Shown piece by piece: positions 1-13,800 of a DNA stretch of 64,000 bases. The translations under genes and the position numbers were made by a program. This DNA is from the human T2T-CHM13v2.0 reference genome, Homo sapiens, in assembly GCF_009914755.1 (NCBI RefSeq), contig NC_060933.1; one strand, 5' to 3'. Under the pieces are notes generated by a model. That model made no database searches, was not told the origin of the DNA, and worked only from the letters and a program-made list of their open reading frames with translations. Position 1 is the first letter of the stretch, and each line of letters starts with the position of its first letter.

Positions 1-480
1 AATGGAATGGAATGGAATGGAATGGAATGGAATGCAATGGAATCAACCCGAGTGCAATGGAATGGAGTTGAATGGAATGGAATGGAATGGAACAACCCGA
101 ATGGAATGGAATGTAATGGAGAGTAAGGGAGTTGAATAGAATCAATCCGAATGTAATGGAATGGAACGGAATGGAATGGAATGGAATGGAATGGAATGCA
201 ATGGAATGGAATCAACCCGAGTACAATGGAACGGAATGGAATGGAATGGAATGGAATGGAATGGAATGGAATGGAATGGAATCAACCCGAGTGCAATGGA
301 ATGGAGAGGAATGGAATGGAATGGAATGGAAACTACCCGAATGGAATGGAATGTAATGGAGTGTAAGGGAGTTGAATAGAATCAATCCGAATGGAATGGA
401 ATGGAATGGAACGGAATGTAATGGAATGGAATGGAATGCAATCAACCCGAGTGCAGGGGAATGGAATGGAATGGAATGCA

Positions 481-1503
481 ATGGAATGGAATGGAATCGT
501 TCCGAGTGGAATAGGAGGGAATGTATTCGAGTGGCATGGAAAGGAATGGAATCAACCAGAGTGGAATGGAAGGGAATGGAATGGAATGGAAACTAATAGA
601 ATGGAATCAACCCGAGTGGGATGGAATGGAAAGGACTGGAATAGAAAGGAATGGAATGGAATGGAGTGGAATGGAATGGAATGGAATGGAATGGAATGGA
701 ATGGAATGGAATCAACGCGAGTGAAGGGGAATGGAATGGAATGGAATGGAATGGAATGCAATGGAATGGAATCAACCCGAGTGCAATCGAATGGAATCGA
801 ATGGAATGGAATGCAATGGAATGGATTCAACTTGAATGGAAAGGAAAGAATGGAATCAACACGAGTGGAATGCCATGGATTGGAATGGAAAGGAATGGAA
901 TCAACCCGAGTACAGGGGAATGGAATGGAATGGAATGCAATGGAAAGGAATCATCCGTAATGGAATGGAAAGGAATGGAATGGAATGGAATGGAATGGAA
1001 TGGAATGGAATGGAATGGAATGGAATCGTTCCGAGTGGAATAGGAGGGAATGTACACGAGTGGCATGGAAAGGAATGGAATCAACCAGAGTGGAATGGAA
1101 GGGAATGGAATGGAATGGAAACTAATAGAATGGAATCAACCCGAGTGGGATGGAATGGAAAGGACTGGAATGGAAAGGAATGGAATGGAATGGAATGGAA
1201 TGGAATGGAATGGAATGGAATGGAATCAACGCGAGTGAAGGGGAATGGAATGGAATGGAATGGAATGGAATGCAATGGAATGGAATCAACCCGAGTGCAA
1301 TCGAATGGAATCGAATGGAATGGAATGCAATGGAATGGATTCAACTTGAATGGAAAGGAAAGAATGGAATCAACACGAGTGGAATGCCATGGATTGGAAT
1401 GGAAAGGAATGGAATCAACCCGAGTACAGGGGAATGGAATGGAATGGAATGCAATGGAATGGAATCATCCGTAATGGAATGGAAAGGAATGGAATGGAAT
1501 GGA
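481..1503 (+). repeat. ~0.52 kb tandem duplication (two copies)
   Basis: TCGTTCCGAG at 497/1026 and TCATCCGTAA at 951/1465. Shared private variants: GTGGCATGGAAAGG, CCCGAGTGGGATGG, CGCGAGTGAAGGGG, TGCCATGGATT. Confidence 0.9.
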
Positions 1504-1534
1504 ATGTAATGGAATGGAATGGAATGGAATCAAC

Positions 1535-1548
1535 TCGATTGCAATCGA
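1535..1548. other. Perfect 14-bp palindrome TCGATTGCAATCGA (first of roughly 30-35 copies)
   Basis: The sequence equals its own reverse complement. It also occurs at 3288, 9496, 10196, 28606, 39226, 58883 and elsewhere. Confidence 0.9.
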
Positions 1549-2154
1549 ATGGAATGGAATGGAATTAACCCGAATAGAATGGAATGGAATGGAATGGAAC
1601 GGAACGGAATGGAATGGAATGGAATGGAATGGAACGGAAAGGAATGGAATAGAATGGAATCGAATGGAATGGAATGGAATGGAATGGAATCAACGGGAGT
1701 GCAGGGGAATGGAATGGAATCGAATGGAATGGAATGGAATGCAATGGAATGGAATCAACCCGAGTGCAGGGGAATGTAATGGAACGGAATGCAATGGAAT
1801 GGAATCATCCGGAATGGAATGAAATGGAATGGAATGGAATCAACCCGAGTGAAATGGAATGGAGTGGAATGGAATGGAATGGAATGGAACAACCCGAATG
1901 GAATGGAATGTAATGGAGAGTAAGGGAGTTGAAAAGAATCAATCCGAATGTAATGGAATGGAATGGAACGTAATGGAATGGAATGGAATGGAATGCAATG
2001 GAATGGAATCAACCAGAGTACAATGGAATGGAATGGAATGGAATGGAATGGAATGGAATGGAATGGAATGCAATGGAATGGAATCAACCAGAGTACAATG
2101 GAATGGAATGGAATGGAATGGAATGGAATGGAATGGAATGGAATGCAATGGAAT

Positions 2155-2169
2155 GGAATCTTCCGGAAT
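2155..2169. promoter_or_regulatory. Perfect three-unit heat-shock element nGAAn-nTTCn-nGAAn (first of ~39 copies; the last is at 63481-63495)
   Basis: Seen: GGAAT CTTCC GGAAT. Established: HSF trimers bind alternating inverted nGAAn units. Function at this site is not shown by the sequence. Confidence 0.55.
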
Positions 2170-5100
2170 GGAATGGAATGGAATGGAATGGAATGGAATG
2201 CAGTGGATTCAACTCGATTGCAATGGAATGGAATAGAATGGAATGGAATGGAATGGAATGGAATTAAACCGAATAGAATGGAATGGAATGGAATGGAACG
2301 GAACGGAACGGAACGGAACGGAACGGAGTGGAATGGAATGGAATGGAATTGTATGGAATGGAATGGAATGGAACGGAATAGAATGGAATGGAAAGAATTG
2401 GAATGGAATGGAATCGAATGGAATGGAATGGAATGGAATGGAATCAACCCGAGTGCAGGGGTATGTAATGGAATGGAATGCAATGGAATGGAATCATCCG
2501 GAATGGAATGGAATGGAATGGAATGGAACGGAATGGAATGGAATCAACCCGAGTGCAATGGAATGGAGTGGAATGGAATGGAATGGAATGGAACAACCCG
2601 AATGGAATGGAATGTAATGGAGAGTAAGGGAGTTGAATAGAATCAATCCGAATGTAATGGAATGGAACGGAATGGAATGGAATGGAATCGAATGGAATGG
2701 AATGGAATGGAATGGAATGGAATGCAATGGAATGGAATCAACCCGAGTACAATGGAACGGAATGTAATGTAATGTAATGGAATGGAATGGAATGGAATGG
2801 AATGGAATGGAATCAACCCGAGTGCAATGCAATGGAGAGGAATGGAATGGAATGGAATGGAAACTACCCAAATGGAATGGAATGTAATGGAGTGTAAGGG
2901 AATTGAATAGAATCAATCCGAAAGGAATGGAATGGAATGGAACGGAATGGAATGGAATGGAATGCAATGGAATGGAATCATCCGGAATGGAATGGAATGG
3001 AATGCAATGGAATGGAATGGAATGGAATCACCCCGAGTGCAATGGAATGGAGTGAAATGGAATGGAATGGAATGGAGACAACAAGAATGGATTGGAATAT
3101 AATGGAGTGTAAGGGAATTGAATAGAATCAATCTGAATGTAATGAAATGGAATGGAACGGAATAGAATGGAATGGAATGGAATGGAATGGAATGGAATGG
3201 AATGCAATGGAATGGAATCAACCAGAGTGCAATCGAATGGAATCGAATGGAATGGAATGCAATGGAATGGAATGGAATGGAATCAACTCGATTGCAATCG
3301 AATGGAATGGAATGGAATTAACCCGAATAGAATGGAATGGAATGGAATGGAATGGAATGGAACGGAACGGAATGGAATGGATTGGAATGGAATGGAATGG
3401 AATGGAATGGAACGGAAAGGAATGGAATGGAATGGAATGGAATGGAATGGAATGGAATGGAATGGAATGGAATGGAATCAATGCGAGTGCAGGGGAATGG
3501 AATGGAATGGAATGCAATGGAATGGAATCTTCCGGAATGGAATGGAATGGAATGGAATGGAATGGAATGGAATGGAATTAACCCGAGTGCAATGGAATGG
3601 AGTGGAATGAAATGGAATGGAATGGAACAACCCGAAAGGAATGGAATGTAATGGAGAGTAAGGGAGTTGAATAGAATCAATCCGAATGTAATGGAATGGA
3701 ATGGAAGGGAATGGAATGGAATGGAATGCAATGGAATGGAATGGAATGCAATGGAATGGAATCAACCCGAGTGCAATCGAATGGAATCGAATGGAATGGA
3801 ATACAATGGAATGGATTCAACTTGAATGGAATGGAAAGAATGGAATCAACACGAGTGGAATGGCATGGATTGGAATGGAATGGAATGGAATCAACCCGAG
3901 TACAGGGGAATGGAATGGAATGGAATGCAATGGAATGGAATCATCCGTAATGGAATGGAAAGGAATGGAATGGAATGGAATGGAATGGAATGGAATGGAA
4001 TGGAATGAAATCAACTCGATTGCAATCAAATGGAATGGAATGGAATTAACCCGAATAGAATGGCATGGAATGGAATGGAACGGAACGGAATGGAATGGAA
4101 TGGAATGGAATGGAACGGAATGGAATGGAATGGAATGGAATGGAATGGAATGGAATCAACGCGAGTGCAGGGGAATGGAATGGAATGGAATGCAATGGAA
4201 TGGAATCTTCCGGAATGGAATGGAATGGAATAGAATGGAATGAAATGCAATGGATTCAACTCGATTGCAATGGAATGGAATAGAATGGAATGGAATGGAA
4301 TGGAATGGAATGGAATGGAATGGAATTAACCCGAATAGAATGGAATGAAATGGAATGGAACGGAATGGAACGGAATGGAATGGAATGGAATGCAATGGAA
4401 TGGTACGGAATGGAATGCAATGGTACGGAATAGAATGAAATGGAACGAATTGTAATGGAATGGAATTGAATGGAATGGAATGGAATGGAATCAACGCGAG
4501 TGCAGGGGAATGTAATGGAACGGAATGCAATGGAATGGAATCATCCGGAATGGAATGGAATGGAATGGAATGGAATGGAATCAACCCGAGTGCAATTGAA
4601 TGGAGTGGAATGGAATGGAATGGAATGGAACAACCCGAATGGAATGGAATGTAATGGAGAGTAAGGGAGTTGAATAGAATCAATCCGAATGTAATGGAAT
4701 GGAATGCAACGGAATGGAATGGAATGTAATGGAATGGAATGCAATGGAATAGAATCAACCCGAGTACAAAGGAATGGAATGGAATGGAATGGAATACCTT
4801 CAAACCGAATGGAATGGAAAGGAATGGAATCAACACGAGCGGAATGGAATGGAATGGAATGGAATGGAATGGAATGGAATGATACGGAATAGAATGGAAT
4901 GGAACAAAATGGAATGAAATGGAATGGAATGGAATGGAATGGAATGGAATGGAATGGAATGGAATGGAATCGTTCCGAGTGGAATAGGAGGGAATGTATT
5001 CGAGTGGAATGGAAAGGAATGGAATCAACCAGAGTGGAATGGAAGGGAATGGAATGGAATGGAAACTAATAGAATGGAATCAACCCGAGTGGAATGGAAT

Positions 5101-7764
5101 GGAAAGGACAGGAATGGAAAGGAATGGAATGGAATGGAATGGAATGGAATGGAATGGAACGGAATCAACGCGAGTGCAGGGGAATGGAATAGAATCGAAT
5201 GGAATGGAATGGAATGGAATGGAATCAACCCGAGTGCAGGGGAATGTAATGGAACGGAATGCAATGGAATGGAATCATTCGGAATGGAATGGAATGGAAT
5301 GGAATGGAATCAACCCGAGTGCAATGGAATGGAGTGGAATGGAATGGAATGGAATTGAAAGGAACAACCCGAATGGAATGGAATGTAATGGAGAGTAAGG
5401 GAGTTGAAAAGAATCAATGCGAATGTAATGGAATGGAATGGATCGGAATGGAATGCAATGGAATGGAATGGAATGGAATGGAATGGAATCAACCCGAGTA
5501 CAATGGAATGGAATGCAATGGAATGGAATGGAATGGAATGCAATGGAATGGAATCTTCCGGAATTGAATGGAAAGGAATGGAAAGGAATGGAATGCAATG
5601 GATTCAACTCGATTGCAATGGAATGGAATAGAATGGAATGGAATGGAATTAAACCGAATAGAATGGAATGGAATGGAATGGAACGGAACGGAACGGAATG
5701 GAACGGAGTGGAATGGAATGGAATGGAATTGTATGGAATGGAATGGAATGGTACGGAATAGAATGGAATGCAAAGAATTGGAATGGAATGGAATGGAATG
5801 GAATGGAATGGAATGGAATCAACCAGAGTGCAGGGGAATGTAATGGAACGGAATGCAATGGAATGGAATCATCCGGAATGGAATGGAATGCAACGGAATG
5901 AAATGGAATGGAATGGAATGGAATGTAATGGAATGGAATCAACCCGAGTACAATGGAATGGAATGGAATGGAATGGAATGGAATGGAATGGAATGGAATG
6001 GAATGCCTTCAAACCGAATGGAATGGAAAGGAATGGAATCAACACGAATGGAATGGAATGGAATGGAATGGAATGGAATGGAATGGAATGGAATGGAATG
6101 ATACGGAATAGAATGGAATGGAACGAAATGGAATGGAATGGAATGGAATGGAATGGAATGGAATGGAATGGAATCGTTCCGAGTGGAATAGGAGGGAATG
6201 TATTCGAGTGGAATGGAAAGGAATGGAATCAACCAGAGTGCAATGGAAGGGAATGGAATGGAATGGAAACTAATAGAATGGAATCAACCCGAGTGGAATG
6301 GAATGGAAAGGACTGGAATGGAATGGAATGGAATGGAATGGAATGGAATCAACTCGATTGTAATGGAATGGAATGGAATGGAATGGAATGGAATGGAATG
6401 GAATTAACCCGAATACAATGGAATGGAATGGAATGGAATGGAATGGAGTGGAATGGAATGGAATCAACCCGAGTGCAGGGGAACGGAATGGAATGGAATG
6501 CAATGGAATGGAATCATCCGGAATGGAATGGAATGGAATGGAATGGAATCAAACCGAGTGCAATGCAATGGAGTGGAATGGAATGGAATCAACCCGAGTG
6601 CAGGGGAATGGAATGGAATGGAATGCAATGGAATGGAATCATTGGTAATGGAATGGAAAGGAATGGAATGGAATGGAATGGAATGGAATGGAATGGAATG
6701 GAATCAACACGATTGCAATCGAATGGAATGGAATGGAATTAACCCGAATAGAATGGAATGGAATGGAATGGAACGGAACGGATTGGAATAGAATGGAATT
6801 GAACGGAACGGAATGGAATGGAATGGAATGGAATGGAATGGAATGGAATCAACGTGAGTGCAGGGGAATGGAATGGAATGGAATGCAATGGAATGGAATC
6901 TTCCGGAATGGAATGGAATGGAATGGAATGGAATGAAATGCAATGGATTCAACTCGATTGCAATGGAATGGAATAGAATGGAATGGAATGGAATGGAATG
7001 GAATTAATCCGAATTGAATGGAATGGAATGTAATGGAAAGGAATGGAACGGAATGGAATGGAATGGAATGGTATGGAATGGAATGGAATGGTACGGAATA
7101 GAATGGAATGGAACGAATTGTAATGGAATGGAATTGAATGGAAAGGAATGGAATGGAATCGAATCAACGAGAGTGCAGGGGAATGTAAAGGAACGGAATG
7201 CAATGTAAAGGAATCATACGGAATGGAATGGAATGGAATGGAATGGTATGGAATCAACCCGAGTGCAATGGAATGGAGTGGAATGGAATGGAATGCAATG
7301 GAACAACCCGAATGGAATGGAATGTAATGGAGAGTAAGGGAGTTGAATAGAATCAATCCGAATGTAATGGAATGGAATGCAACGGAATGGAATGGAATGG
7401 AATGGAATGGAATGGAATGCAATAGAATGGAATCAACTTGAGTACAATGGAATGGAATGGAATGGAATGGAATGGAATGGAATAAAATGGAATGATACGG
7501 AATAGAATGGAATGGAACGAAATGGAATGGAATGGAAGGGAATGGAATGGAATCGTTCCGAGTGCAATAGGAGGGAATGTATTCGAGTGGAATGGAAAGG
7601 AATGTAATCAACCAGAGTGGAATGGAAGGGAATGGAATGGAATGGAAACTAATAGAATGGAATCAACCCAAGTGGAATGGAATGGAAAGGACTGGAATGG
7701 AATGGAATGGAATGGAATCAACTCGATTGTAATGGAATGGAATGGAATGGAATGCAATGGAATG

Positions 7765-8160
7765 GAATCAAACCGAGTGCAGGGGAATGGAATGGAATGG
7801 AATGCAATGGAATGGAATCATCCGGAATGGAATGGAATGGAATGGAATGGAATGGAATGGAATGGAATCAACTCGATTGCAATGGAATGGAATGGAATGG
7901 AAAGGAATGGAAGGGAATGCAATGGAATGTAATCAACACGAGTGCAGGGGAATGGAATGGAATGGAATGCAATGGAATGGAATCATCCGGAATGGAATGG
8001 AATGGAATGGAATGGAATGGAATGGAATGGTATCAACTCGATTGCAATGGAATGGAATGGAATGGAAAGGAATGGAAGGGAATGGAATGGAATGTAATCA
8101 ACCCGAGTGCAGGGGAATGGAATGGAATGGAATGCAATGGACTGGAATCATCCGGAATGG
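7765..8160 (+). repeat. 165-bp sub-repeat, about 2.4 copies (also at ~15045-15435 and ~18940-19335)
   Basis: TCAA..CGAGTGCAGGGG...CATCCGG...CAACTCGATTGC...AAAGGAATGGAAGGG units start at 7768/7933/8098 and at 18944/19109/19274. Confidence 0.8.
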
Positions 8161-9841
8161 AATGGAATGGAATGGAATGCAATCAACCCGATGCAATGGA
8201 ATGGAGTGGAATGGAATGGAATGGAATGGAAACATCCCCAATGGAATAGAATGGAATGGAGTGTAAAGGAATTGAATAGAATCAATCCGAATGTAATGGA
8301 ATGGAATGGAATGAAATGGAATGGAATGGAATGGAATGGAATCAACCCGAGTGCAATGGAATGGATTTGAATGGGATGGAATTGAATGGAATGGATTCAA
8401 CAAGAATGGAATGGAAAGGAATGGAATCAACCCGAGTGTAATGGCATGGAATGGAATGGAATGGAATGGAATGGGATGGAATGGAATGGTACGGAATAGA
8501 ATGGAATGGAATGAAATGGAATGGAATGGAATTTAATGGAATGGAATGGAATGAACCTGTGTGCAATGTAATGGAATGTAATGGAATGGAATGGATTCAA
8601 CTCGAATGGAATCAACATGATTGCAATGGAATGGAATGGAATGGAAAGGAATAGAATGGAATCAACCCGAGTGGAATGGAATGGAAAGGACTGGAATGGA
8701 GTGGAATGGAATAGAATGGAATTTACCCGAATAGAATGGAATGGAATGGAATGGAACGGAATGTAATGGAATGGAATGGAATGGATTCAACCCGAGTGCA
8801 GGGGAATGGAATGGAATGGAATGCAATGGAATGGAATCATCCGGAATGGAATGGAATTGAATGGAATGGAATGGAATGGAATGTAATCAACTCGATTTCA
8901 ATGGAATGGAATGGAATAGAATGGAATGGAATTAACACGAATAGAACGGAATGGAATTGAATGGAATGGAATGGAACGGAAAGGAATGGAATGGAATGGA
9001 ATGGAATCAACCCAAGTGCAGGGGAATTGAATGGAATGGAATTCAATGGAATGGAATCATCCGGAATGGAATGGAATGGAATGGAATGGAATGGAATGGA
9101 ATCAACACGAGTGCAATGGAATGGAGAGGAATGGAATGGAATGGAATGCAAAGTACCCGAATGGAATGGAATGTAATGGAGTGTAAGGGAATTGTATAGA
9201 ATCAATCCGAAAGTAATGGAATGGAACGGAACGGAATGGAATGCAACGGAATGGAATCAACCCGACTGCAATCGAATTGAATCGAATGGAATGGAATGAA
9301 ATGGAATGCATTCAACTTGAATGGAATGGAAAGAGTGGAATCAACACGAGTGGAATGGCATGGAATGGAATGGAATGGATTGAAATCAACCCGAGTACAG
9401 GGGAATGGAATGGAATGGAATGCAATGGAATGGAATCATCCGTAATGTAATGGAAAGGAATGGAATGGAATGGAATGGAATGGAATGGAATCAACTCGAT
9501 TGCAATCGAATGGAATGCAATGGAATTAACCCGAATAGAATGGAATGGAATGGAATGGAACGGAACGGAAAGGAACGGAATGGAATGGAATGGAAGGGAA
9601 TGGAATCGAACGGAACGGAATGGAATGGAATGGAATGGAATTGAAAGGAATAAATGTCAGTGCAGGGGAATGGAATGGAATGGAATGCAATGGAATGGAA
9701 TCTTCCGGAATGGAATGGAATGGAATGGAATGGAATGGAATGCAATGGATTCAACTCGATTGCAATGGAATGGAATAGAATGGAATGGAATGGAATGGAA
9801 TGGAATGGAATTAACCCGAATAGAATGGAATGGAATGGAAT

Positions 9842-9876
9842 GGAACGGAACGGAACGGAACGGAACGGAACGGAAC
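9842..9876 (+). repeat. Nested (GGAAC)7 variant run (similar runs at ~2295, ~17100, ~23793 and 33501-33535)
   Basis: Seven consecutive GGAAC units replace GGAAT and create a CpG every 5 bp. Confidence 0.9.
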
Positions 9877-10812
9877 GGAATGGAATGGAATGGAATGCAA
9901 TGGAATTGTATGGAATGGAATGGAATGGTACGGAATAGAATGGAATGGAAAGAATTGGAATGGAATGGAATCGAATGGAATGGAATGGAATGGAATGGAA
10001 TCAACCCGAATGCACGGGAATGGAATGGAATGTAATGCAATGGAATGGAATCATCCGTAATAGAATGGAATGGACTCAACCCGAGTGCAGGGGAATGGAA
10101 TGGAATGTAATGCAATGGAATGGAATCATCCGTAATGGAATGGAAAGGAATGGAATGGAATGGAATGGAATGGAATGGAATGGAATGGAATCAACTCGAT
10201 TGCAATCGAATGGAATGGAATGGAATTAACCCGAATAGAATGGAATGGAATGGAACGGAACGGAACGGAACGGAATGGAATGGAATGGAATGGAACGGAA
10301 CGGAACGGAATGGAATGGAATGGAATGGAATGGAATGGAATGGAATCAAAGCGAGTGCAGGGGAATGGAATGGAATGGATTGCAATGGAATGGAATCAAC
10401 CGGAATGGAATGGAATGGAATGGAATGGAATGGAATGGAATGGAATGGAATCGTTCCGAGTGGAATAGGAGGGAATGTATTCGAGTGGAATGGAAAGGAA
10501 TGGAATCAACCAGAGAGGAATGGAAGGGAATGGAATGGACTGGAAACTAATAGAATGGAATCAACCCGAGTGGAATGGAATGGAAAGGAATGGAATGGAA
10601 TGGAATGGAATGGAATGGAATGGAATGGAATCAACTCGATTGTAATGGAATGGAATGGAATGGAATGGAATGGAATGGAATGGAATGGAATTAACCCGAA
10701 TTCAATGGAATGGAATGGAATGGAACGGAATGGAGTGGAATGGAATGCAATCAACCCGAGTGCAGGGGAATGGAACGGAATGGAATGCAATGGAATGGAA
10801 TCATCCGGAAGG

Positions 10813-13800
10813 GAATGGAATGGAATGGAATGGAATGGAATGGAATGGAATTAACCCGAGTGCAATGGAATGGAGTGGAATGAAATGGAATGGAATGGAA
10901 CAACCCGAAAGGAATGGAATGTAATGGAGAGTAAGGGAGTTGAATAGAATCAATCCGAATGTAATGGAATGGAATGGAAGGGAATGGAATGGAATGGAAT
11001 GCAATGGAATGGAATGGAATGCAATGGAATGGAATCAACCCGAGTGCAATCGAATGGAATCGAATGGAATGGAATACAATGGAATGGATTCAACTTGAAT
11101 GGAATGGAAAGAATGGAATCAACACGAGTGGAATGGCATGGATTGGAATGGAATGGAATGGAATCAACCCGAGTACAGGGGAATGGAATGGAATGGAATG
11201 CAATGGAATGGAATCATCCGTAATGGAATGGAAAGGAATGGAATGGAATGGAATGGAATGGAATGGAATGGAATGGAATGAAATCAACTCGATTGCAATC
11301 AAATGGAATGGAATGGAATTAACCCGAATAGAATGGCATGGAATGGAATGGAACGGAACGGAATGGAATGGAATGGAATGGAACGGAACGGAATGGAATG
11401 GAATGGAATGGAATGGAATGGAATGGAATCAACGCGAGTGCAGGGGAATGGAATGGAATGGAATGCAATGGAATGGAATCTTCCGGAATGGAATGGAATG
11501 GAATAGAATGGAATGAAATGCAATGGATTCAACTCGATTGCAATGGAATGGAATAGAATGGAATGGAATGGAATGGAATGGAATGGAATGGAATGGAATT
11601 AACCCGAATAGAATGGAATGAAATGGAATGGAACGGAATGGAACGGAATGGAATGGAATGGAATGCAATGGAATGGTACGGAATGGAATGCAATGGTACG
11701 GAATAGAATGAAATGGAACGAATTGTAATGGAATGGAATTGAATGGAATGGAATGGAATGGAATCAACGCGAGTGCAGGGGAATGTAATGGAACGGAATG
11801 CAATGGAATGGAATCATCCGGAATGGAATGGAATGGAATGGAATGGAATGGAATCAACCCGAGTGCAATTGAATGGAGTGGAATGGAATGGAATGGAATG
11901 GAACAACCCGAATGGAATGGAATGTAATGGAGAGTAAGGGAGTTGAATAGAATCAATCCGAATGTAATGGAATGGAATGCAACGGAATGGAATGGAATGT
12001 AATGGAATGGAATGCAATGGAATAGAATCAACCCGAGTACAAAGGAATGGAATGGAATGGAATGGAATACCTTCAAACCGAATGGAATGGAAAGGAATGG
12101 AATCAACACGAGCGGAATGGAATGGAATGGAATGGAATGGAATGGAATGGAATGATACGGAATAGAATGGAATGGAACAAAATGGAATGAAATGGAATGG
12201 AATGGAATGGAATGGAATGGAATGGAATGGAATGGAATGGAATCGTTCCGAGTGGAATAGGAGGGAATGTATTCGAGTGGAATGGAAAGGAATGGAATCA
12301 ACCAGAGTGGAATGGAAGGGAATGGAATGGAATGGAAACTAATAGAATGGAATCAACCCGAGTGGAATGGAATGGAAAGGACAGGAATGGAAAGGAATGG
12401 AATGGAATGGAATGGAATGGAATGGAATGGAACGGAATCAACGCGAGTGCAGGGGAATGGAATAGAATCGAATGGAATGGAATGGAATGGAATGGAATCA
12501 ACCCGAGTGCAGGGGAATGTAATGGAACGGAATGCAATGGAATGGAATCATTCGGAATGGAATGGAATGGAATGGAATGGAATCAACCCGAGTGCAATGG
12601 AATGGAGTGGAATGGAATGGAATGGAATTGAAAGGAACAACCCGAATGGAATGGAATGTAATGGAGAGTAAGGGAGTTGAAAAGAATCAATGCGAATGTA
12701 ATGGAATGGAATGGATCGGAATGGAATGCAATGGAATGGAATGGAATGGAATGGAATGGAATCAACCCGAGTACAATGGAATGGAATGCAATGGAATGGA
12801 ATGGAATGGAATGCAATGGAATGGAATCTTCCGGAATTGAATGGAAAGGAATGGAAAGGAATGGAATGCAATGGATTCAACTCGATTGCAATGGAATGGA
12901 ATAGAATGGAATGGAATGGAATTAAACCGAATAGAATGGAATGGAATGGAATGGAACGGAACGGAACGGAATGGAACGGAGTGGAATGGAATGGAATGGA
13001 ATTGTATGGAATGGAATGGAATGGTACGGAATAGAATGGAATGCAAAGAATTGGAATGGAATGGAATGGAATGGAATGGAATGGAATGGAATCAACCAGA
13101 GTGCAGGGGAATGTAATGGAACGGAATGCAATGGAATGGAATCATCCGGAATGGAATGGAATGCAACGGAATGAAATGGAATGGAATGGAATGGAATGTA
13201 ATGGAATGGAATCAACCCGAGTACAATGGAATGGAATGGAATGGAATGGAATGGAATGGAATGGAATGGAATGGAATGCCTTCAAACCGAATGGAATGGA
13301 AAGGAATGGAATCAACACGAATGGAATGGAATGGAATGGAATGGAATGGAATGGAATGGAATGGAATGGAATGATACGGAATAGAATGGAATGGAACGAA
13401 ATGGAATGGAATGGAATGGAATGGAATGGAATGGAATGGAATGGAATGGAATCGTTCCGAGTGGAATAGGAGGGAATGTATTCGAGTGGAATGGAAAGGA
13501 ATGGAATCAACCAGAGTGCAATGGAAGGGAATGGAATGGAATGGAAACTAATAGAATGGAATCAACCCGAGTGGAATGGAATGGAAAGGACTGGAATGGA
13601 ATGGAATGGAATGGAATGGAATGGAATCAACTCGATTGTAATGGAATGGAATGGAATGGAATGGAATGGAATGGAATGGAATTAACCCGAATACAATGGA
13701 ATGGAATGGAATGGAATGGAATGGAGTGGAATGGAATGGAATCAACCCGAGTGCAGGGGAACGGAATGGAATGGAATGCAATGGAATGGAATCATCCGGA

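Larger units (their letters stand above)
3540..10812 (+). repeat. Copy 1 of a ~7.27 kb near-identical tandem duplication
   Basis: Rare variants recur at offsets of 7273/7278/7258/7253 (TTAACCCGAGT 3578 vs 10851; identical ORF pairs 4156/11429, 6198/13476, 8736/15994). Confidence 0.95.

Noticed and set aside
118-135. G-quadruplex at GGAGAGTAAGGGAGTTG, TAGGAGGG or GCAGGGG motifs
   Set aside because: There are never four G3+ tracts close together; only weak two-tier GG patterns common to the whole satellite.
493-507. GGAATCGTTCCGAGT as a heat-shock element
   Set aside because: GAA and TTC are 3 bp apart rather than 2, and the third unit is GAG, so it is out of HSE register.
1563-1580. DUX4 site in TTAACCCGAATAG
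   Set aside because: It does not match TAAYYYAATCA in spacing or at the 3' end.
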